Origin: Candidatus Latescibacterota bacterium
GTDB taxonomy: Bacteria; Latescibacterota; UBA2968; SICM01
Direction of reading: 5' to 3'
NCBI GenBank assembly: GCA_965217865.1
Contig: CBDCJO010000001.1
Span: 224,001-288,000, forward strand
Length of the DNA: 64,000 bases
Shown here: piece by piece, positions 8,499 to 19,838 of the stretch
Layout of the letters: every line of letters begins with the position of its first letter
Numbering within the stretch: the first letter of the stretch is position 1
Notes under the pieces: model-generated
Told to the model about the DNA's origin: nothing
The model's database searches: none
What the model saw: the letters and a program-made list of their open reading frames with translations, nothing else
Position numbers and translations under genes: made by a program

Positions 8499-8936
8499 TT
8501 ACGCAGCCTGCTCCTTGGTCTTGGGTTCCGATGGTTTTGACCCCTTGCGACTCTCCTCCGGAGGTGTTGCCTTTCCAACCTCGTCGCCCGAGAATGTTAC
8601 GACCGATATCGGGGCCCCATCCCCTTTTCGAATTCCGATCTTAAGAATCTTTGTGTAGCCGCCTGCTCTGTCCACAAACTGGGGGGCGATCTCGTCGAAA
8701 AGGCGCTTGACGATCTTCGGATTCCTGACCGACTTGAGGACCTGTCGGCGGGAAGCCAGATCCCCCCGCTTGGCGAACGAAACCAGCCGATCCACGACGC
8801 CCCGCAGCACCTTGGCCTTCGCGTCCGTCGTCCTGACGCTCCCCTCCTGGATCAGTGAAGCAGCGAGGTTTTTGAGCAACGCCTTCCTGTGACTGGAAGT
8901 GCGACCCAATTTTCGGACTTTGCGTCCGTGCCGCAC
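8499..8936 (-). CDS. rplQ: 50S ribosomal protein L17
   Basis: MRHG..KLGRTSSHRKA, GGYTKI. Confidence 0.98.
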   Translation of the reverse strand: MRHGRKVRKLGRTSSHRKALLKNLAASLIQEGSVRTTDAKAKVLRGVVDRLVSFAKRGDLASRRQVLKSVRNPKIVKRLFDEIAPQFVDRAGGYTKILKIGIRKGDGAPISVVTFSGDEVGKATPPEESRKGSKPSEPKTKEQAA

Positions 8937-8938
8937 GG

Positions 8939-9958
8939 TTAAAAATCCTCCTCCAAAGGGGTTGTTTCCTTCTTGTGTTCTCCAAGACCTTTGTATAGTA
9001 AGACGTCCATCCCAAAGCTCATCCCAAGGCCGGTCAGGATCGCATTCAACTCATTCAGAGACTTCCGGCCGAAATTTCGGTATTTCAACATTTCGGGTTC
9101 CGTCTTCTGAACGAGATCTTCCAAAGTAACGATGCCCGCAGCCCGGAGGCAGTTTGCTGAACGGACCGAAAGCTCCAATTCCTCAACCGGCATCTCGAGA
9201 AGGTTTCCGATTCGCTGGGCCTCCTGGTCAACCTCATCCTCCTCAACGTCTTCGATGCCTTCCTCTTCGAAATTAATGAACAACTCCAGGTGGTCTTTTA
9301 GGATTTTTGCCGCGAACGATAGCGCGTCGTCTGGTTTCATCGCGCCGTTGGTCCACACCTCGAGAATCAGCTTGTCATAGTCCGTGCGCTGACCTACACG
9401 CGCGTTCTCGATTTCGTAATGGACTTTCCGAATTGGCGAGAAGATGGAGTCGATCGGGATGGTGCCCAGAGCCTGGTCTTCGGCCTTATTTTCCTCTGCG
9501 AATACATACCCTCGCCCCCCACCCACCACGATCTCCATCTTGAAAAGACCATCCTCATCCAGGGAGGCAATGTGCAAATCCGGATTGACGATCTCGACTT
9601 GAGGATCGACCTGAAGATCTCCCGCCTTTAGATCCCCTGGCCCTTTGTGTTCTAGAGAGATGGTCCGTTCCTCATCCGCGTGGAGCCGGAGGCAGACCTC
9701 TTTCAGATTGAGAATAATTTCCGGAACATCCTCGACCACGCCCGGTGCGGTGGAGAATTCATGATGCACACCCTCCATCTTAACCGACTTGATCGCGGCC
9801 CCGTGGATGGACGAGAGCAACGCCCGGCGGAGGGCGTTTCCGATCGTCGTCCCAAATCCCCTTTCCAGGGGCTGAAGGATGAATTTTCCATACATACCGG
9901 TCAGCGTTGACTCTTCGATCTGCACCGCTCTGGGCATGTGCAAACTTTTCCACTTCAT
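8939..9958 (-). CDS. rpoA: RNA polymerase alpha subunit
   Basis: PLERGFGTTIGNALRR, LSVRSANCL, NFGRKSL. Confidence 0.99.
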   Translation of the reverse strand: MKWKSLHMPRAVQIEESTLTGMYGKFILQPLERGFGTTIGNALRRALLSSIHGAAIKSVKMEGVHHEFSTAPGVVEDVPEIILNLKEVCLRLHADEERTISLEHKGPGDLKAGDLQVDPQVEIVNPDLHIASLDEDGLFKMEIVVGGGRGYVFAEENKAEDQALGTIPIDSIFSPIRKVHYEIENARVGQRTDYDKLILEVWTNGAMKPDDALSFAAKILKDHLELFINFEEEGIEDVEEDEVDQEAQRIGNLLEMPVEELELSVRSANCLRAAGIVTLEDLVQKTEPEMLKYRNFGRKSLNELNAILTGLGMSFGMDVLLYKGLGEHKKETTPLEEDF

Positions 9959-10017
9959 ATCTACCCTCTCACAGGCCTTGCTCTGTCGTTGAGGCGAATC
10001 TTCGCCAAAAGGAGACC

Positions 10018-10644
10018 CTACTTGGAATAGAGCTCGACGATGAGTTGCTCCTCCACTGGGGTCGGGATATTTTCCCGAGTAGGATACTCGGTTAACGTAC
10101 CCATTAGATTGCTCTTATCCACGCTCAACCATGGCACAAGTTGGCCATCCCCCGCCCGTTTAAGAGAATCGTGGACAAGTGCCATTTGGCGGCTCTTTTC
10201 TCGAATCTGGATCTGATCGCCGGGAGCCAGACGGTAGGAGGGGATATCCACCAGACGATCGTTTACCGATACGTGACGATGCCGGACAAGTTGGCGGGCT
10301 GCTTTCCGAGATGGGGCAAAACCGAGCCGGTAGACCACATTATCAATTCGGGTCTCCAGAAATCTTAGAAGGGTTTCACCGGTGACCCCTTTGAGTTTCG
10401 CCGCCTTGACAAACGTCGTATGGAATTGTGCTTCGAGCAACCCATAAACCCGCTTGGCCTTCTGTTTTTCACGAAGCTGAAGGCCGTATTCAGAAAGTTT
10501 TGGGCGTCGCTGCCAGTGCATCCCAGGAATGTAGCCCCGCTTTTCAAAAGAACATTTGTCCAGATGACATCGGACGCCTTTCAGGAAAAGCTTGGTTCCT
10601 TCCCGTCTACATAACTTACAATTTGGACCCGTAAACCGTGCCAT
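10018..10644 (-). CDS. rpsD: 30S ribosomal protein S4 (Zn-binding type)
   Basis: CKLCRREG, SEYGLQLREKQK, IVELYSK. Confidence 0.99.
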   Translation of the reverse strand: MARFTGPNCKLCRREGTKLFLKGVRCHLDKCSFEKRGYIPGMHWQRRPKLSEYGLQLREKQKAKRVYGLLEAQFHTTFVKAAKLKGVTGETLLRFLETRIDNVVYRLGFAPSRKAARQLVRHRHVSVNDRLVDIPSYRLAPGDQIQIREKSRQMALVHDSLKRAGDGQLVPWLSVDKSNLMGTLTEYPTRENIPTPVEEQLIVELYSK

Positions 10645-10685
10645 GTAACCTCATTGCTCCTTTAATATCTCCGGGAAACCGACCG

Positions 10686-11081
10686 TCAAACCCTCCTGCG
10701 TTTGGGTGGACGGCAACCGTTATGGGGAATCGGGGTAACATCTTTTATGGCCGAGATCTCCAGGCCGGCGGCCTGCAGGGATCGAACGGCTGCCTCTCGA
10801 CCGACTCCTGGGCCTTTAACCCACACCTCAACCCTCCGAAGTCCCATCCCCATGGCCTCCTTGGCAGCCGAGTCCGCAGCCAGTTGCGCGGCGAAAGGCG
10901 TGCTCTTCCTGGACCCCTTTTGCCCGATCTTTCCAGCGCTCGCCCAGGATATAACCTGGCCCTCTCGATCGGTTAAAGTAACGATCGTGTTGTTAAAACT
11001 GGCCTTGATATGCGCCACTCCAACCGCATCCACACGTTTGTTCTTCCTGCGCACTCTGCGCCTTCCCGTCTCAGGCGGCAA
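10686..11081 (-). CDS. rpsK: 30S ribosomal protein S11
   Basis: [27 protein letters not shown]. Confidence 0.99.
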   Translation of the reverse strand: MPPETGRRRVRRKNKRVDAVGVAHIKASFNNTIVTLTDREGQVISWASAGKIGQKGSRKSTPFAAQLAADSAAKEAMGMGLRRVEVWVKGPGVGREAAVRSLQAAGLEISAIKDVTPIPHNGCRPPKRRRV

Positions 11082-11141
11082 TTCAACCTCCTTCCGATGA
11101 CAGGGTCAGAAATTCCGGTGAGACCGTCAACCCCGACCCTG

Positions 11142-11522
11142 CTATTTCCGCTCCTTCTTTACCCTTGCAACCGTACCTCTTTTGGGGCCCTTCCGCTCCC
11201 GTGCGTTGGTCCGCGTTCGCTGGCCTCTCACCGGGAGTCCACGTCGATGCCTGTAACCCCGGTAGGACCCGATGTCCATCAACCGCTTGATGTTGATCTG
11301 TACCTCGCCCCGGAGGGCGCCCTCGACCTTGTAGTTCCCCTCGATGTTGTTCCTCAGACGCCCAGTCTGTTCTTCGGTCATCTGATTGACCCGGGTGTCC
11401 GGATCCACCTGGGAATTTTGGAGGATCCGACGTGCGCTGGACGGACCGATCCCATAGATGTAAGTAAGGGCAACCTCTATCCGCTTTTCCCTCGGAAGAT
11501 CCACTCCCGCAATTCTGGCCAC
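11142..11522 (-). CDS. rpsM: 30S ribosomal protein S13
   Basis: [22 protein letters not shown]. Confidence 0.99.
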   Translation of the reverse strand: MARIAGVDLPREKRIEVALTYIYGIGPSSARRILQNSQVDPDTRVNQMTEEQTGRLRNNIEGNYKVEGALRGEVQINIKRLMDIGSYRGYRHRRGLPVRGQRTRTNARERKGPKRGTVARVKKERK

Positions 11523-11562
11523 GGTCTGTCTCCTATGACTGAGATACGGGTCGGCCTTTGTT

Positions 11563-11733
11563 TCAGCCTTTTCCTTTTGACCTTTTCCCTTTAAACCGGG
11601 AGGAGGAACCCCTGATCGGGCCCTGTCTCTGTTTGTGCCGTGGATTCGCGGAGCATATGACTCGCACGATCCCTCTGCGCCGAACGATCTTGCAGCGTAT
11701 GCACCTTTTCTTGACCGAAGATTGGACTTTCAC
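11563..11733 (-). CDS. rpmJ: 50S ribosomal protein L36 with C-terminal extension
   Basis: GTG 11733: [38 protein letters not shown] plus 18 extra residues. Confidence 0.95.
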   Translation of the reverse strand: MKVQSSVKKRCIRCKIVRRRGIVRVICSANPRHKQRQGPIRGSSSRFKGKRSKGKG

Positions 11734-11796
11734 GACTCTGGGTCCGGAAACGACCTTCTTCAGATTGGTCTGGTTGAAAACGATCAACGGCCGGGG

Positions 11797-12015
11797 CTAT
11801 TTATACCTGTAGGTAATTCGCCCTTTGGTCAGGTCGTATGGCGACAACTCGATGGTCACTTTGTCCCCGGGGAGGATCTTAATAAAATGCATCCGCATCT
11901 TGCCGGAGATATGTGCGAGCACCTTGTGCTTTTCGTCGATCGCCACCCTGAAAGTCGCGTTGGGAAGCGATTCGATCACAGTTCCTTCCACCTGAATGAC
12001 GTCTTCTTTGGGCAT
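11797..12015 (-). CDS. infA: Translation initiation factor IF-1
   Basis: [22 protein letters not shown]. Confidence 0.99.
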   Translation of the reverse strand: MPKEDVIQVEGTVIESLPNATFRVAIDEKHKVLAHISGKMRMHFIKILPGDKVTIELSPYDLTKGRITYRYK

Positions 12016-12027
12016 AACGCTCCGTCT

Positions 12028-12687
12028 TTAAGATCGTCCCCTCTTCCTATCCAGAGCCTGGACGATCCGCCCGTGGACTTCTTCAACCTTACCCTCGCCG
12101 TCGACTTCCAACATAAACCCCTTTTCTTCGTAGAAACGTTTGATTTCGGCAGTTTCATGCTGATAGATCTTAAACCGCTCCTGAATCGTCTCCGCCACGT
12201 CGTCTGGCCTTTGTGTCAGTCGAGCCCCACATCGATCGCAAATTCCTTCGCGACGGGGGGGGGTTGTTATCAAATTATAAACGGCTTCACAGGACGGGCA
12301 GACGCGCCTTGCGATCAATCTCTTAACAAACAACTCCAACCGGACCTCCAGGCTGACAACTGCGTCCAGGGGACGATCGATACCTTCCAGGAGGGCGTCA
12401 AACCCTCGAGCTTGTCCTAAAGTCCTCGGAAAACCATCCAGGATATATCCCGGATCGCAGTCCGACCGCAACAGCCGCTCGCGCACGATGTCCAGGATTA
12501 AAGGGTCCGGCACCAGATGTCCCCTGTCCACGTGATGGGCGGCATCCTTACCCAGATCGGATCCGTTTGAGATGGCCTGCCTCAGAATATCACCTGTGGA
12601 GATATGCGGAATCCCGTAAGGGGACTCCAGCTTCTTTGCCTGCGTCCCCTTACCAGATCCCGGCGGTCCAAGTAGCACCACCCGCAA
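12028..12687 (-). CDS. adk: Adenylate kinase (Zn-lid)
   Basis: GPPGSGKGT, LDGFPRT, CxxC...CxxC lid. Confidence 0.98.
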   Translation of the reverse strand: MRVVLLGPPGSGKGTQAKKLESPYGIPHISTGDILRQAISNGSDLGKDAAHHVDRGHLVPDPLILDIVRERLLRSDCDPGYILDGFPRTLGQARGFDALLEGIDRPLDAVVSLEVRLELFVKRLIARRVCPSCEAVYNLITTPPRREGICDRCGARLTQRPDDVAETIQERFKIYQHETAEIKRFYEEKGFMLEVDGEGKVEEVHGRIVQALDRKRGRS

Positions 12688-12705
12688 CCCGGTCCCCTTT
12701 CGCTT

Positions 12706-14052
12706 CTACCGACGACCTCTAATACGGCCTTTCTTCATGAACCCGTCGTAATGCCTCATCATCAAATGGGACTCGACCTGTTGAAGGGTATCGAGCGCCA
12801 CCCCGACCACGATCAGAAGCCCGGTCCCTCCGAACAAATCCATCAAGCCCGGGTCGACGTTCATCCAACCCACCACGAAATAGGGAAAAATAGCGATCGA
12901 AGCCAAATAGACCGAACCCGGAAGCGTAATTCGGGTCAGGATGCGGTCGATATGGTCCGATGTTCGTTTGCCCGGGCGAATGCCAGGGATGAATCCGCCG
13001 TATTTCTTCATGTTGTCGGCCAGGTCGACTGGATTGAACACGATTGCGGTATAGAAATATGAAAAGAAAATTATCAATAAGGCGGTCGCCATCCAATACG
13101 GCAGAGATCCCGGCATAGGTCCCGGGGTAAAATGCATGGCCATCGATTGCATGATTTCCACGTCCGGGAACATCTGTGCAGCCGTGGAGGGGAGAAACAT
13201 GATCGCTTGCGCGAAGATGATCGGAATCACACCCGAAGTGTTGACTCGTAAAGGGATGTGCGTCGCCTGACCGCCGTAAACCTTTCGCCCCACGATCCGC
13301 TTCGCGTATTGCACCGGAATCTTACGTTGGCCTTGTGTGAGGAGAACCACGACGGCCGTAACAGCCACAATCAACGCAAGAATGAACAACTCTCCGAGAA
13401 TTCCGAACTTGATCTCTTGATTGGTTACGAAATTCTCGTATTCCCTGCCAATCGCCTGGGGAAATCGCGCCACAATCCCGATGAAGATGATTAACGAAAT
13501 CCCGTTCCCGATCCCCCTTTCGGTGATCTGTTCACCGAGCCACATGATGAAGACCGTCCCCGTCGTGATGCTCAGCATCGTCATCAGGGTGAAGCCCACA
13601 CCAGGATCGGTGACCACCGGCGCGCCGGTCTGCGGAGAGGACAGGCTCTTCAGAAATATGCTGACTCCGAACGACTGGCCCAATGCCAGCAGCACGGTCC
13701 CATAGCGCGTGTACTGGTTGATCTTCTTCCTGCCCTCTTCTCCCTCTTTTTGAAGTTTCTGAAAATGGGGGATGACCGACCCGAGGAGCTGAAGGATGAT
13801 CGACGCGCTGATGTAAGGCATAATGCCGAGGGCGAACACCGTTGCCCTCGAGAAGGCGCCACCCACGAACAGGTCGTAAATCCCCAACAATCCCTGCTGC
13901 GCCGACGAGAAATAATCCAACAGGGCCTGGCTGTCGATACCCGGGGTTGGAACGTGCCCCCCGATCCGGTACACGACCAGAATGGCCAATGTAAAAAGAA
14001 TGCGGGATCGTAATTCAGGTATCCGGAAGGCACTCTGAAAACTCTTCAGCAC
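12706..14052 (-). CDS. secY: Preprotein translocase SecY
   Basis: LGIMPYISASII, GIGNGISL, IPGIRPG. Confidence 0.99.
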   Translation of the reverse strand: MLKSFQSAFRIPELRSRILFTLAILVVYRIGGHVPTPGIDSQALLDYFSSAQQGLLGIYDLFVGGAFSRATVFALGIMPYISASIILQLLGSVIPHFQKLQKEGEEGRKKINQYTRYGTVLLALGQSFGVSIFLKSLSSPQTGAPVVTDPGVGFTLMTMLSITTGTVFIMWLGEQITERGIGNGISLIIFIGIVARFPQAIGREYENFVTNQEIKFGILGELFILALIVAVTAVVVLLTQGQRKIPVQYAKRIVGRKVYGGQATHIPLRVNTSGVIPIIFAQAIMFLPSTAAQMFPDVEIMQSMAMHFTPGPMPGSLPYWMATALLIIFFSYFYTAIVFNPVDLADNMKKYGGFIPGIRPGKRTSDHIDRILTRITLPGSVYLASIAIFPYFVVGWMNVDPGLMDLFGGTGLLIVVGVALDTLQQVESHLMMRHYDGFMKKGRIRGRR

Positions 14053-14092
14053 AGGATGAAACCTCGCTACAGCGTAGGGGCATCAGACGAGA

Positions 14093-14536
14093 CTATGAAA
14101 TGATCTCAACCTTTCCGCCGGCCTCCTTAATCTTGGCCGAAGCCGTTCCGGAGACAGCGTGTACACGAAATTCAACCGCCCGTTCCAATTCCCCGCTTCC
14201 CAGGACCTTAACCTTTCCCGAGGCATCCCGGATCAACCCCGCAGCCCGGAGCAGGTCCGGAGTGACGACATCATCCTGAACGCGGTCTTTAAGGTCCTTC
14301 AGATTCACAATCTGGTAGCGTTCGCGTTGAAGGGGACCAACCCCGATCTTTGGGAGCCTGCGCTGAATGGGCATCTGGCCACCTTCGAACCACGCCCGAC
14401 GTTTTGAGCCCGATCTGGACTTTTGGCCCTTCGAACCCCGGCACGCGGTCTTGCCGTGTCCGGAACCCGGACCACAACCCACGCGTTTATGACGCTTAAC
14501 TCCATGCTCTGGAGGGGAAAGCTGACCTAAATGCAC
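14093..14536 (-). CDS. rplO: 50S ribosomal protein L15
   Basis: GSGHGKT, FEGGQMP. Confidence 0.98.
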   Translation of the reverse strand: MHLGQLSPPEHGVKRHKRVGCGPGSGHGKTACRGSKGQKSRSGSKRRAWFEGGQMPIQRRLPKIGVGPLQRERYQIVNLKDLKDRVQDDVVTPDLLRAAGLIRDASGKVKVLGSGELERAVEFRVHAVSGTASAKIKEAGGKVEIIS

Positions 14537-14568
14537 AAACGCTCCTGACTGCTGAAACGATATCGCTA

Positions 14569-14763
14569 TTACTCTGCCTCACCCACCTTGACAAGATGAG
14601 CTATTTTGAAAATCATCCCCCGAATCTGCGGGGTATCTACGTGAACCACCCGTTGACCCATCCTGCGGATCCCCAGGGCTTTCAAAGTCGCTTTCTGATC
14701 CGCTTTCCGCCCGATGCCGCTTCGAACCTGGACGATTGAAAGCTGCCCCTCTGCAATTGACAT
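14569..14763 (-). CDS. rpmD: 50S ribosomal protein L30
   Basis: [25 protein letters not shown]. Confidence 0.95.
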   Translation of the reverse strand: MSIAEGQLSIVQVRSGIGRKADQKATLKALGIRRMGQRVVHVDTPQIRGMIFKIAHLVKVGEAE

Positions 14764-14774
14764 TTCGGCCTCCT

Positions 14775-15281
14775 TCACGCCCCTTCTCCCCGATGCCCAA
14801 TCCCTCGCATCCGGGCGACGGTTTCAGCGTCACGAAGTTTGGTCAAACCCTCAAGCGTGGCTTTAATCGTATTGTGAGAATTCTGCGACCCCAAGGACTT
14901 GGTCAAGACATTCTGGACGCCGGCCATCTCAAGGACCGCCCGGATGCCTCCCCCCGCAATCAAACCCGTCCCCGGGGCAGCGGGTTTCAGGAGGACCCGA
15001 CCCGCCCCGAATCGACCGATCACCTGGTGCGGGATTGTCCCATTGATGAGAGGGATTCGGATGAGATTCTTCTTGGCCGTCTCAGTACCTTTCCGGATCG
15101 CCTCGGATATCTCCCCGGCCTTCCCCATCCCCACACCCACGTGGCCGTTCCGGTCCCCCACCACCACCAGGGCGTTGAAAGCGAACCGCCTGCCGCCCTT
15201 CCGGACGTGGGCAACCCGATTGATGCTGTTCTGAACAACGACCTCAGCCAGGTCGAGCTGTGATGAATCTATCCTTGGCAA
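14775..15281 (-). CDS. rpsE: 30S ribosomal protein S5
   Basis: [25 protein letters not shown]. Confidence 0.99.
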   Translation of the reverse strand: MPRIDSSQLDLAEVVVQNSINRVAHVRKGGRRFAFNALVVVGDRNGHVGVGMGKAGEISEAIRKGTETAKKNLIRIPLINGTIPHQVIGRFGAGRVLLKPAAPGTGLIAGGGIRAVLEMAGVQNVLTKSLGSQNSHNTIKATLEGLTKLRDAETVARMRGIGHRGEGA

Positions 15282-15305
15282 CGGATCCTCTCCTGTATAA
15301 AAAGC

Positions 15306-15677
15306 CTAAAACTCCAGGCCGCCCTCTCTGGCCCCTTCCGCGAGAGATTTGATGCGTCCGTGAAAACGGTGCCCCCCGCGATCGAATACCACCTTTTTGA
15401 TCCCGGATTCAATGGCCTTTTCGGCGAGGAGCCGACCGACAATCCGGCTCTTTTCACACTTCCCGCTCACCCCTGAAATCTGGGTTTCCACGTCCTTTGA
15501 TAGGCTCGACAACCCGACGAAGGACTTTCCTGCGACGTCATCTACGACCTGGGCCTCGATGTTCTTCAGGCTCCGGCTGACGACCAACCTGGGGCGCTCG
15601 GCGGTCCCGGAGGCCTTGCGGCGTACCCTCCGATGGCGGGTTTTCAATATCCGCTGCTTTTTTACTCGAGGATCCAA
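15306..15677 (-). CDS. rplR: 50S ribosomal protein L18
   Basis: [21 protein letters not shown]. Confidence 0.98.
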   Translation of the reverse strand: MDPRVKKQRILKTRHRRVRRKASGTAERPRLVVSRSLKNIEAQVVDDVAGKSFVGLSSLSKDVETQISGVSGKCEKSRIVGRLLAEKAIESGIKKVVFDRGGHRFHGRIKSLAEGAREGGLEF

Positions 15678-15704
15678 GGGGCACTCCTGAAAATCATGGC
15701 GACA

Positions 15705-16265
15705 CTACGCGGCAGTCTTTCCGGCCTTTCGACGCACGTGCTCGTTCAGATAACGAATCCCTTTCCCCTTGTAAGGTTCAGGAGGACGAAGCTTCCGAAC
15801 CTCGGCGGCGGTTTGGCCGACAAGCTGTTTATCGATCCCCTTGACCACCACGGTAGCCTGGGCGTCCTCCACGCCGGAGGTCGGGGGCTCTGTGGTGAAT
15901 TCTATCCCCTCTCGAGGAGGGACGACGACAGGATGGGAAAAACCCAGCAATAGTCGTAGATTGGGGCCCTCCAGATCCGCCCGGTATCCGATACCCACGA
16001 TGACCAAGCGCTTTTCAAAGCCCGTTGTGACCCCCTGGACTGCGTTGTCGACGAGTGACCGGCCGAGTCCCCACAAGGCGTTCACCTTTCGATCCTCTGA
16101 CACCGGAGAGATCGCCACCAAACCATCTTCCACCGCGACAGAGAGGGAGGGATGAATCGGAACATCTAACTCCCCTTTTGGCCCCTTGATGTTAAGGGAA
16201 TCCTTTCGAGGTTCAACGGAAACACCCGAGGGCAAAGGGATCGGTTTTCGGCCTACACGAGACAT
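15705..16265 (-). CDS. rplF: 50S ribosomal protein L6
   Basis: MSRVGRKPI, RPPEPYKGKGIRY. Confidence 0.99.
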   Translation of the reverse strand: MSRVGRKPIPLPSGVSVEPRKDSLNIKGPKGELDVPIHPSLSVAVEDGLVAISPVSEDRKVNALWGLGRSLVDNAVQGVTTGFEKRLVIVGIGYRADLEGPNLRLLLGFSHPVVVPPREGIEFTTEPPTSGVEDAQATVVVKGIDKQLVGQTAAEVRKLRPPEPYKGKGIRYLNEHVRRKAGKTAA

Positions 16266-16323
16266 AGCTTTCCCAAGAGGGATTCAACTCCATCGGAGCG
16301 AAGGACACGGGGGGGTCCACAGA

Positions 16324-16722
16324 TCACCAGATATAGCAGAGGACCTCCCCTCCCAATCCGTCCTCGCGGGATTCTTTGTCTGTCATAATTCCTTTGGACG
16401 TCGAAATCACGGCGATTCCCAGTCCGTTTAAGACCCGGGGGATCTCCTTCTTTGCGACATATTGTCTTAATCCCGGGCGGCTCACCCTCTTCAGGCCCTG
16501 GATAACGCTCTCATCATTCGAATCATACTTCAAATACAACCTGATAAAGCCCTGCCGGCCATCCTCCACGTAAGTATGGTGGTTGATGAAGCTGCTCGCC
16601 TTTAAGATTCGAGCGATCTCCCGCTTGACTCCGGATGCCGGCACATCCACCTTCTTGTGCCCCGCGGTGCACGCATTTCGTATTCGAGTTAACATATCCG
16701 CAATCGGATCTGTCATTCCCAT
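16324..16722 (-). CDS. rpsH: 30S ribosomal protein S8
   Basis: [24 protein letters not shown]. Confidence 0.99.
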   Translation of the reverse strand: MGMTDPIADMLTRIRNACTAGHKKVDVPASGVKREIARILKASSFINHHTYVEDGRQGFIRLYLKYDSNDESVIQGLKRVSRPGLRQYVAKKEIPRVLNGLGIAVISTSKGIMTDKESREDGLGGEVLCYIW

Positions 16723-16739
16723 CGTGACGCCTTCCCTTT

Positions 16740-16925
16740 TTACCAGCTTGCTTTCGTGACGCCGGGAATTTCACCCAGAAGCGCCAGTTCCCTGAAGCAG
16801 ATTCGGCAGATGCCAAAATGCCTCATGAAACCCCTCGCACGACCACAACGATGGCATCGATTATGTCGTCGGACTCCGAATTTGGGCTTCTTATTCGCCT
16901 TCACTATCCATGCTTTAGTGGCCAC
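16740..16925 (-). CDS. rpsN: 30S ribosomal protein S14, zinc-binding (type Z)
   Basis: RCHRCGR...[18 protein letters not shown]; GTG start 16925. Confidence 0.97.
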   Translation of the reverse strand: MATKAWIVKANKKPKFGVRRHNRCHRCGRARGFMRHFGICRICFRELALLGEIPGVTKASW

Positions 16926-16948
16926 GTTACCCCTCGCTCGAGTTTGGC

Positions 16949-17494
16949 TCAATTCCCACTGAAAGGCATTCCGAATAATCTGAGGAGTTCGAAAGCCTCT
17001 TCATCCGTCTTGGCCGTCGTGACGATCGTCACGTCCATGCCCCTTATGCGATCGATTTTATCGTAATCGATCTCAGGAAAGATGATCTGTTCCTTGATGC
17101 CCAATGTGTAATTTCCCCGGCCATCGAATGAATTCGGAGATACCCCGCGAAAATCCCGGATACGCGGAATCGCAAAATTAAGGAATCGATCCATAAATTC
17201 GTACATCCGGTCTCGCCTCAGGGTTACACTACACCCGACCGGAACGCCCGCCCGCAACTTGAAGTTGGAAATCGCCTTCTTGGACCTCCGGATCGACGGC
17301 TTCTGGCCCGTGATCGCGGTCATATCCCGAACAGCTCCGTCCATCAGGTTGGGTGTTTGAATCGCCTCTCCCACCCCCATGTTGATCACGACCTTCTGAA
17401 GGCACGGGACCTCCATGACATTTCGATACCCGAATTGTTTCGTCATTCCGGGTACGATCTCCTGATGGTATATCGTATTCAACCTGGTCTTCAA
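16949..17494 (-). CDS. rplE: 50S ribosomal protein L5
   Basis: [21 protein letters not shown]; TTG start 17494 after SD GAGGGG. Confidence 0.97.
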   Translation of the reverse strand: MKTRLNTIYHQEIVPGMTKQFGYRNVMEVPCLQKVVINMGVGEAIQTPNLMDGAVRDMTAITGQKPSIRRSKKAISNFKLRAGVPVGCSVTLRRDRMYEFMDRFLNFAIPRIRDFRGVSPNSFDGRGNYTLGIKEQIIFPEIDYDKIDRIRGMDVTIVTTAKTDEEAFELLRLFGMPFSGN

Positions 17495-17504
17495 GTCAAC
17501 CCCC

Positions 17505-17825
17505 TCAATCCGTCGCCCCGATGACCTCTCCACAACTTCTGCAGATTCGTGCACGTTTTCCATTCTCGACCGGAGCGACGCGAACTTTTGAGCTCGTGTT
17601 GCACTCGGGGCATATAAGGATCAGGTTGGACACGTGAACCGGCGCCTCTTTTTCAATAATGCCCCCTTGCGGGTTGTTGCGATTGGGTTTGGTGTGCCGT
17701 TTGATAAAATTAACGCCCTCGACGATCGCCCGGCCCCGGTCCGGAAACACGGCCAGCACCCGTCCTTTCTTTCCCAGGTCCTCCCCGCTCAGGATCTCTA
17801 CAGAATCGTTCTTTCTAATACGCAT
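17505..17825 (-). CDS. rplX: 50S ribosomal protein L24
   Basis: KOW motif, [14 protein letters not shown]. Confidence 0.98.
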   Translation of the reverse strand: MRIRKNDSVEILSGEDLGKKGRVLAVFPDRGRAIVEGVNFIKRHTKPNRNNPQGGIIEKEAPVHVSNLILICPECNTSSKVRVAPVENGKRARICRSCGEVIGATD

Positions 17826-17832
17826 GGGGGCC

Positions 17833-18201
17833 TCATAGTACTTCCGGAGCCAGGGAGACGATTCGCATGTAGCGCTTTTCCCTCAACTCGCGCGCAACCG
17901 GTCCGAAGATCCGCGTCCCCATAGGCTCTCGGTCATCGTTGATGATCACCGCCGCGTTATCGTCGAACCGAATGTAGGATCCGTCTTTCCGTTTGATCTC
18001 TTTCGTGGTTCGGACAACGACCGCCTTGCAGACCTCCCCCTTCTTGACCGTACCGTTGGGATCGGCCACTTTCACTGCGACCACGATGATATCACCGACC
18101 GAGGCATAACGCTTGCGGGTCCCACCCAGCACCCGAAAGCACATGCATTTTCTCGCCCCGGTATTGTCGGCCACATTCAAAACCGTGTATTCATGAATCA
18201 T
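17833..18201 (-). CDS. rplN: 50S ribosomal protein L14
   Basis: [26 protein letters not shown]. Confidence 0.99.
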   Translation of the reverse strand: MIHEYTVLNVADNTGARKCMCFRVLGGTRKRYASVGDIIVVAVKVADPNGTVKKGEVCKAVVVRTTKEIKRKDGSYIRFDDNAAVIINDDREPMGTRIFGPVARELREKRYMRIVSLAPEVL

Positions 18202-18207
18202 GCCGTC

Positions 18208-18468
18208 TCACTTTGCCCGCTCCGTCACTTCCATCAGTCTCCAACGTTTGGTCTTGCTAAGAGGGCGCGTCTCCATGATCGTAATGATATCTCCAACCTT
18301 TGAAAGGTTCTCTTCGTCGTGAACCGAGTATTTCCGGCTTCGCCTCAAAATTTTCTGGTAAAGCGGATTCTGAAACGAACGTTCCACGACGACGAGGCGG
18401 GTCTTATCACATTTATCGCTGACGACCCGTCCGATTCGGACCTTCCTTTTTCCCCGGCTTTCAGCCAT
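18208..18468 (-). CDS. rpsQ: 30S ribosomal protein S17
   Basis: [21 protein letters not shown]. Confidence 0.98.
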   Translation of the reverse strand: MAESRGKRKVRIGRVVSDKCDKTRLVVVERSFQNPLYQKILRRSRKYSVHDEENLSKVGDIITIMETRPLSKTKRWRLMEVTERAK

Positions 18469-18727
18469 CTGGACCCTCCCCGGGGAGTTCAGAAGCCGGT
18501 TGTCCCGTCCCACCATCGCCAGTCCCAAGCGTGTGAAGCCCCAAAGAATGTTCCCTCAAGACCGTCTTCAAGCGTGCCACCTCCCGCCTAACCCTTCGGA
18601 CTGAAATTTGATTGGTCAACTGTTTCGTCACCAACTGGAAGCGAAGGTTAGAGAGTTCGTCCTGGCGGTCGGCCAGGTGTTGTTGGACCTCTCCGACGCT
18701 CATGCTTCGATATTCACTCACCTTCAA
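18461..18727 (-). CDS. rpmC: 50S ribosomal protein L29
   Basis: EL.NLRFQ...RREVARLKT; position in S10 operon. Confidence 0.95.
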   Translation of the reverse strand: MKVSEYRSMSVGEVQQHLADRQDELSNLRFQLVTKQLTNQISVRRVRREVARLKTVLREHSLGLHTLGTGDGGTGQPASELPGEGPDG

Positions 18728-18748
18728 GAGACCACCTCCTGATTCCCC

Positions 18749-19162
18749 TCAGTTCGCACGCCTTTCAACCAACCGGGTCTTTATGGATAATTTTCGCCCG
18801 GCCAGACGGATGGCTTCCTGCGCGGACTCCTTTCCGATCCCTTCGATCTCGAACAGAATCCGGCCGGGCTTGACTACCGCCACCCAGTGCTCGGGATTTC
18901 CCTTGCCTTTTCCCATCCGGGTCTCGGCTGGCTTAACCGTAACCGGTTTGTCCGGGAAGACTCGGATCCAGATCTTCCCCCCGCGGCTCACGTGGCGCGT
19001 CATCGCAACCCGGGCGGCCTCGATCTGCCTGTTGGTGATCCATCCCGGTTCTAAGGCCTGAAGGCCGAATTCCCCGAAGGAAATCTGCACCCCGCGCGCG
19101 GCCACCCCCCTCATCCTGCCGCGTTGTTGTTTTCGGAATTTGACCCGTTTGGGCATCAACAT
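18749..19162 (-). CDS. rplP: 50S ribosomal protein L16
   Basis: [18 protein letters not shown]. Confidence 0.99.
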   Translation of the reverse strand: MLMPKRVKFRKQQRGRMRGVAARGVQISFGEFGLQALEPGWITNRQIEAARVAMTRHVSRGGKIWIRVFPDKPVTVKPAETRMGKGKGNPEHWVAVVKPGRILFEIEGIGKESAQEAIRLAGRKLSIKTRLVERRAN

Positions 19163-19168
19163 TGCCCG

Positions 19169-19837
19169 TCATCCTCCTGATCCACCCAGTTGAACCTCCC
19201 CGCTCCCATCCCCCGCCACCTCTCCTTTGCAGATCCAAACCTTTACACCGATGGTCCCCGACATGGTGTAGGCGGTAACCGCCGCGTAGTCTATATCGGC
19301 CCGCAGGGTATGCAAGGGCACGCGGCCGGCCGGCTCTGAGCGCTCCCTTCGGGACATCTCCGACCCGCCGAGCCGGCCCGAGCAGACCACGCGGATCCCT
19401 TCTGCTCCCATCCGGATCGTGGAGGCGATGGCCTTCTTCATCGCCCTTCGGAAGGCCACTCGCTGTTCGAGTTGGCGGGCGATATTCTCCCCAACAAGAT
19501 AGGCGTCCAATTCGGGGCGTTTGATCTCTTGGATGTTAATGTAGATGTCTTTCCCCGTGACGTGCTTCAACTCGTCCCTGAGCTTATCCACCTCAGCACC
19601 CTTCCTTCCGATAACGATCCCCGGACGCGCGGTGTGGATGTTAATTGTAACCCGCTTGGGTGCCCGCTCAATCTCGATGGCCGAAACACCCGCCCGCTGC
19701 AGCCTGCTCCGAACGTACCTCCGGAGCATCAGGTCTTCCTTCAGCAGACCTGTGAAATCTTTCTCGGCGAACCACCGAGAACGCCAGCCTTTGACGATCC
19801 CAAGACGAAACCCAATCGGATGTGTTTTTTGGCCCAC
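19169..19837 (-). CDS. rpsC: 30S ribosomal protein S3
   Basis: [25 protein letters not shown]. Confidence 0.99.
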   Translation of the reverse strand: MGQKTHPIGFRLGIVKGWRSRWFAEKDFTGLLKEDLMLRRYVRSRLQRAGVSAIEIERAPKRVTINIHTARPGIVIGRKGAEVDKLRDELKHVTGKDIYINIQEIKRPELDAYLVGENIARQLEQRVAFRRAMKKAIASTIRMGAEGIRVVCSGRLGGSEMSRRERSEPAGRVPLHTLRADIDYAAVTAYTMSGTIGVKVWICKGEVAGDGSGEVQLGGSGG

Positions 19838-19838
19838 C

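Noticed and set aside
12016-12027. map absent between adk and infA
   Set aside because: Common variation in spc-alpha gene order
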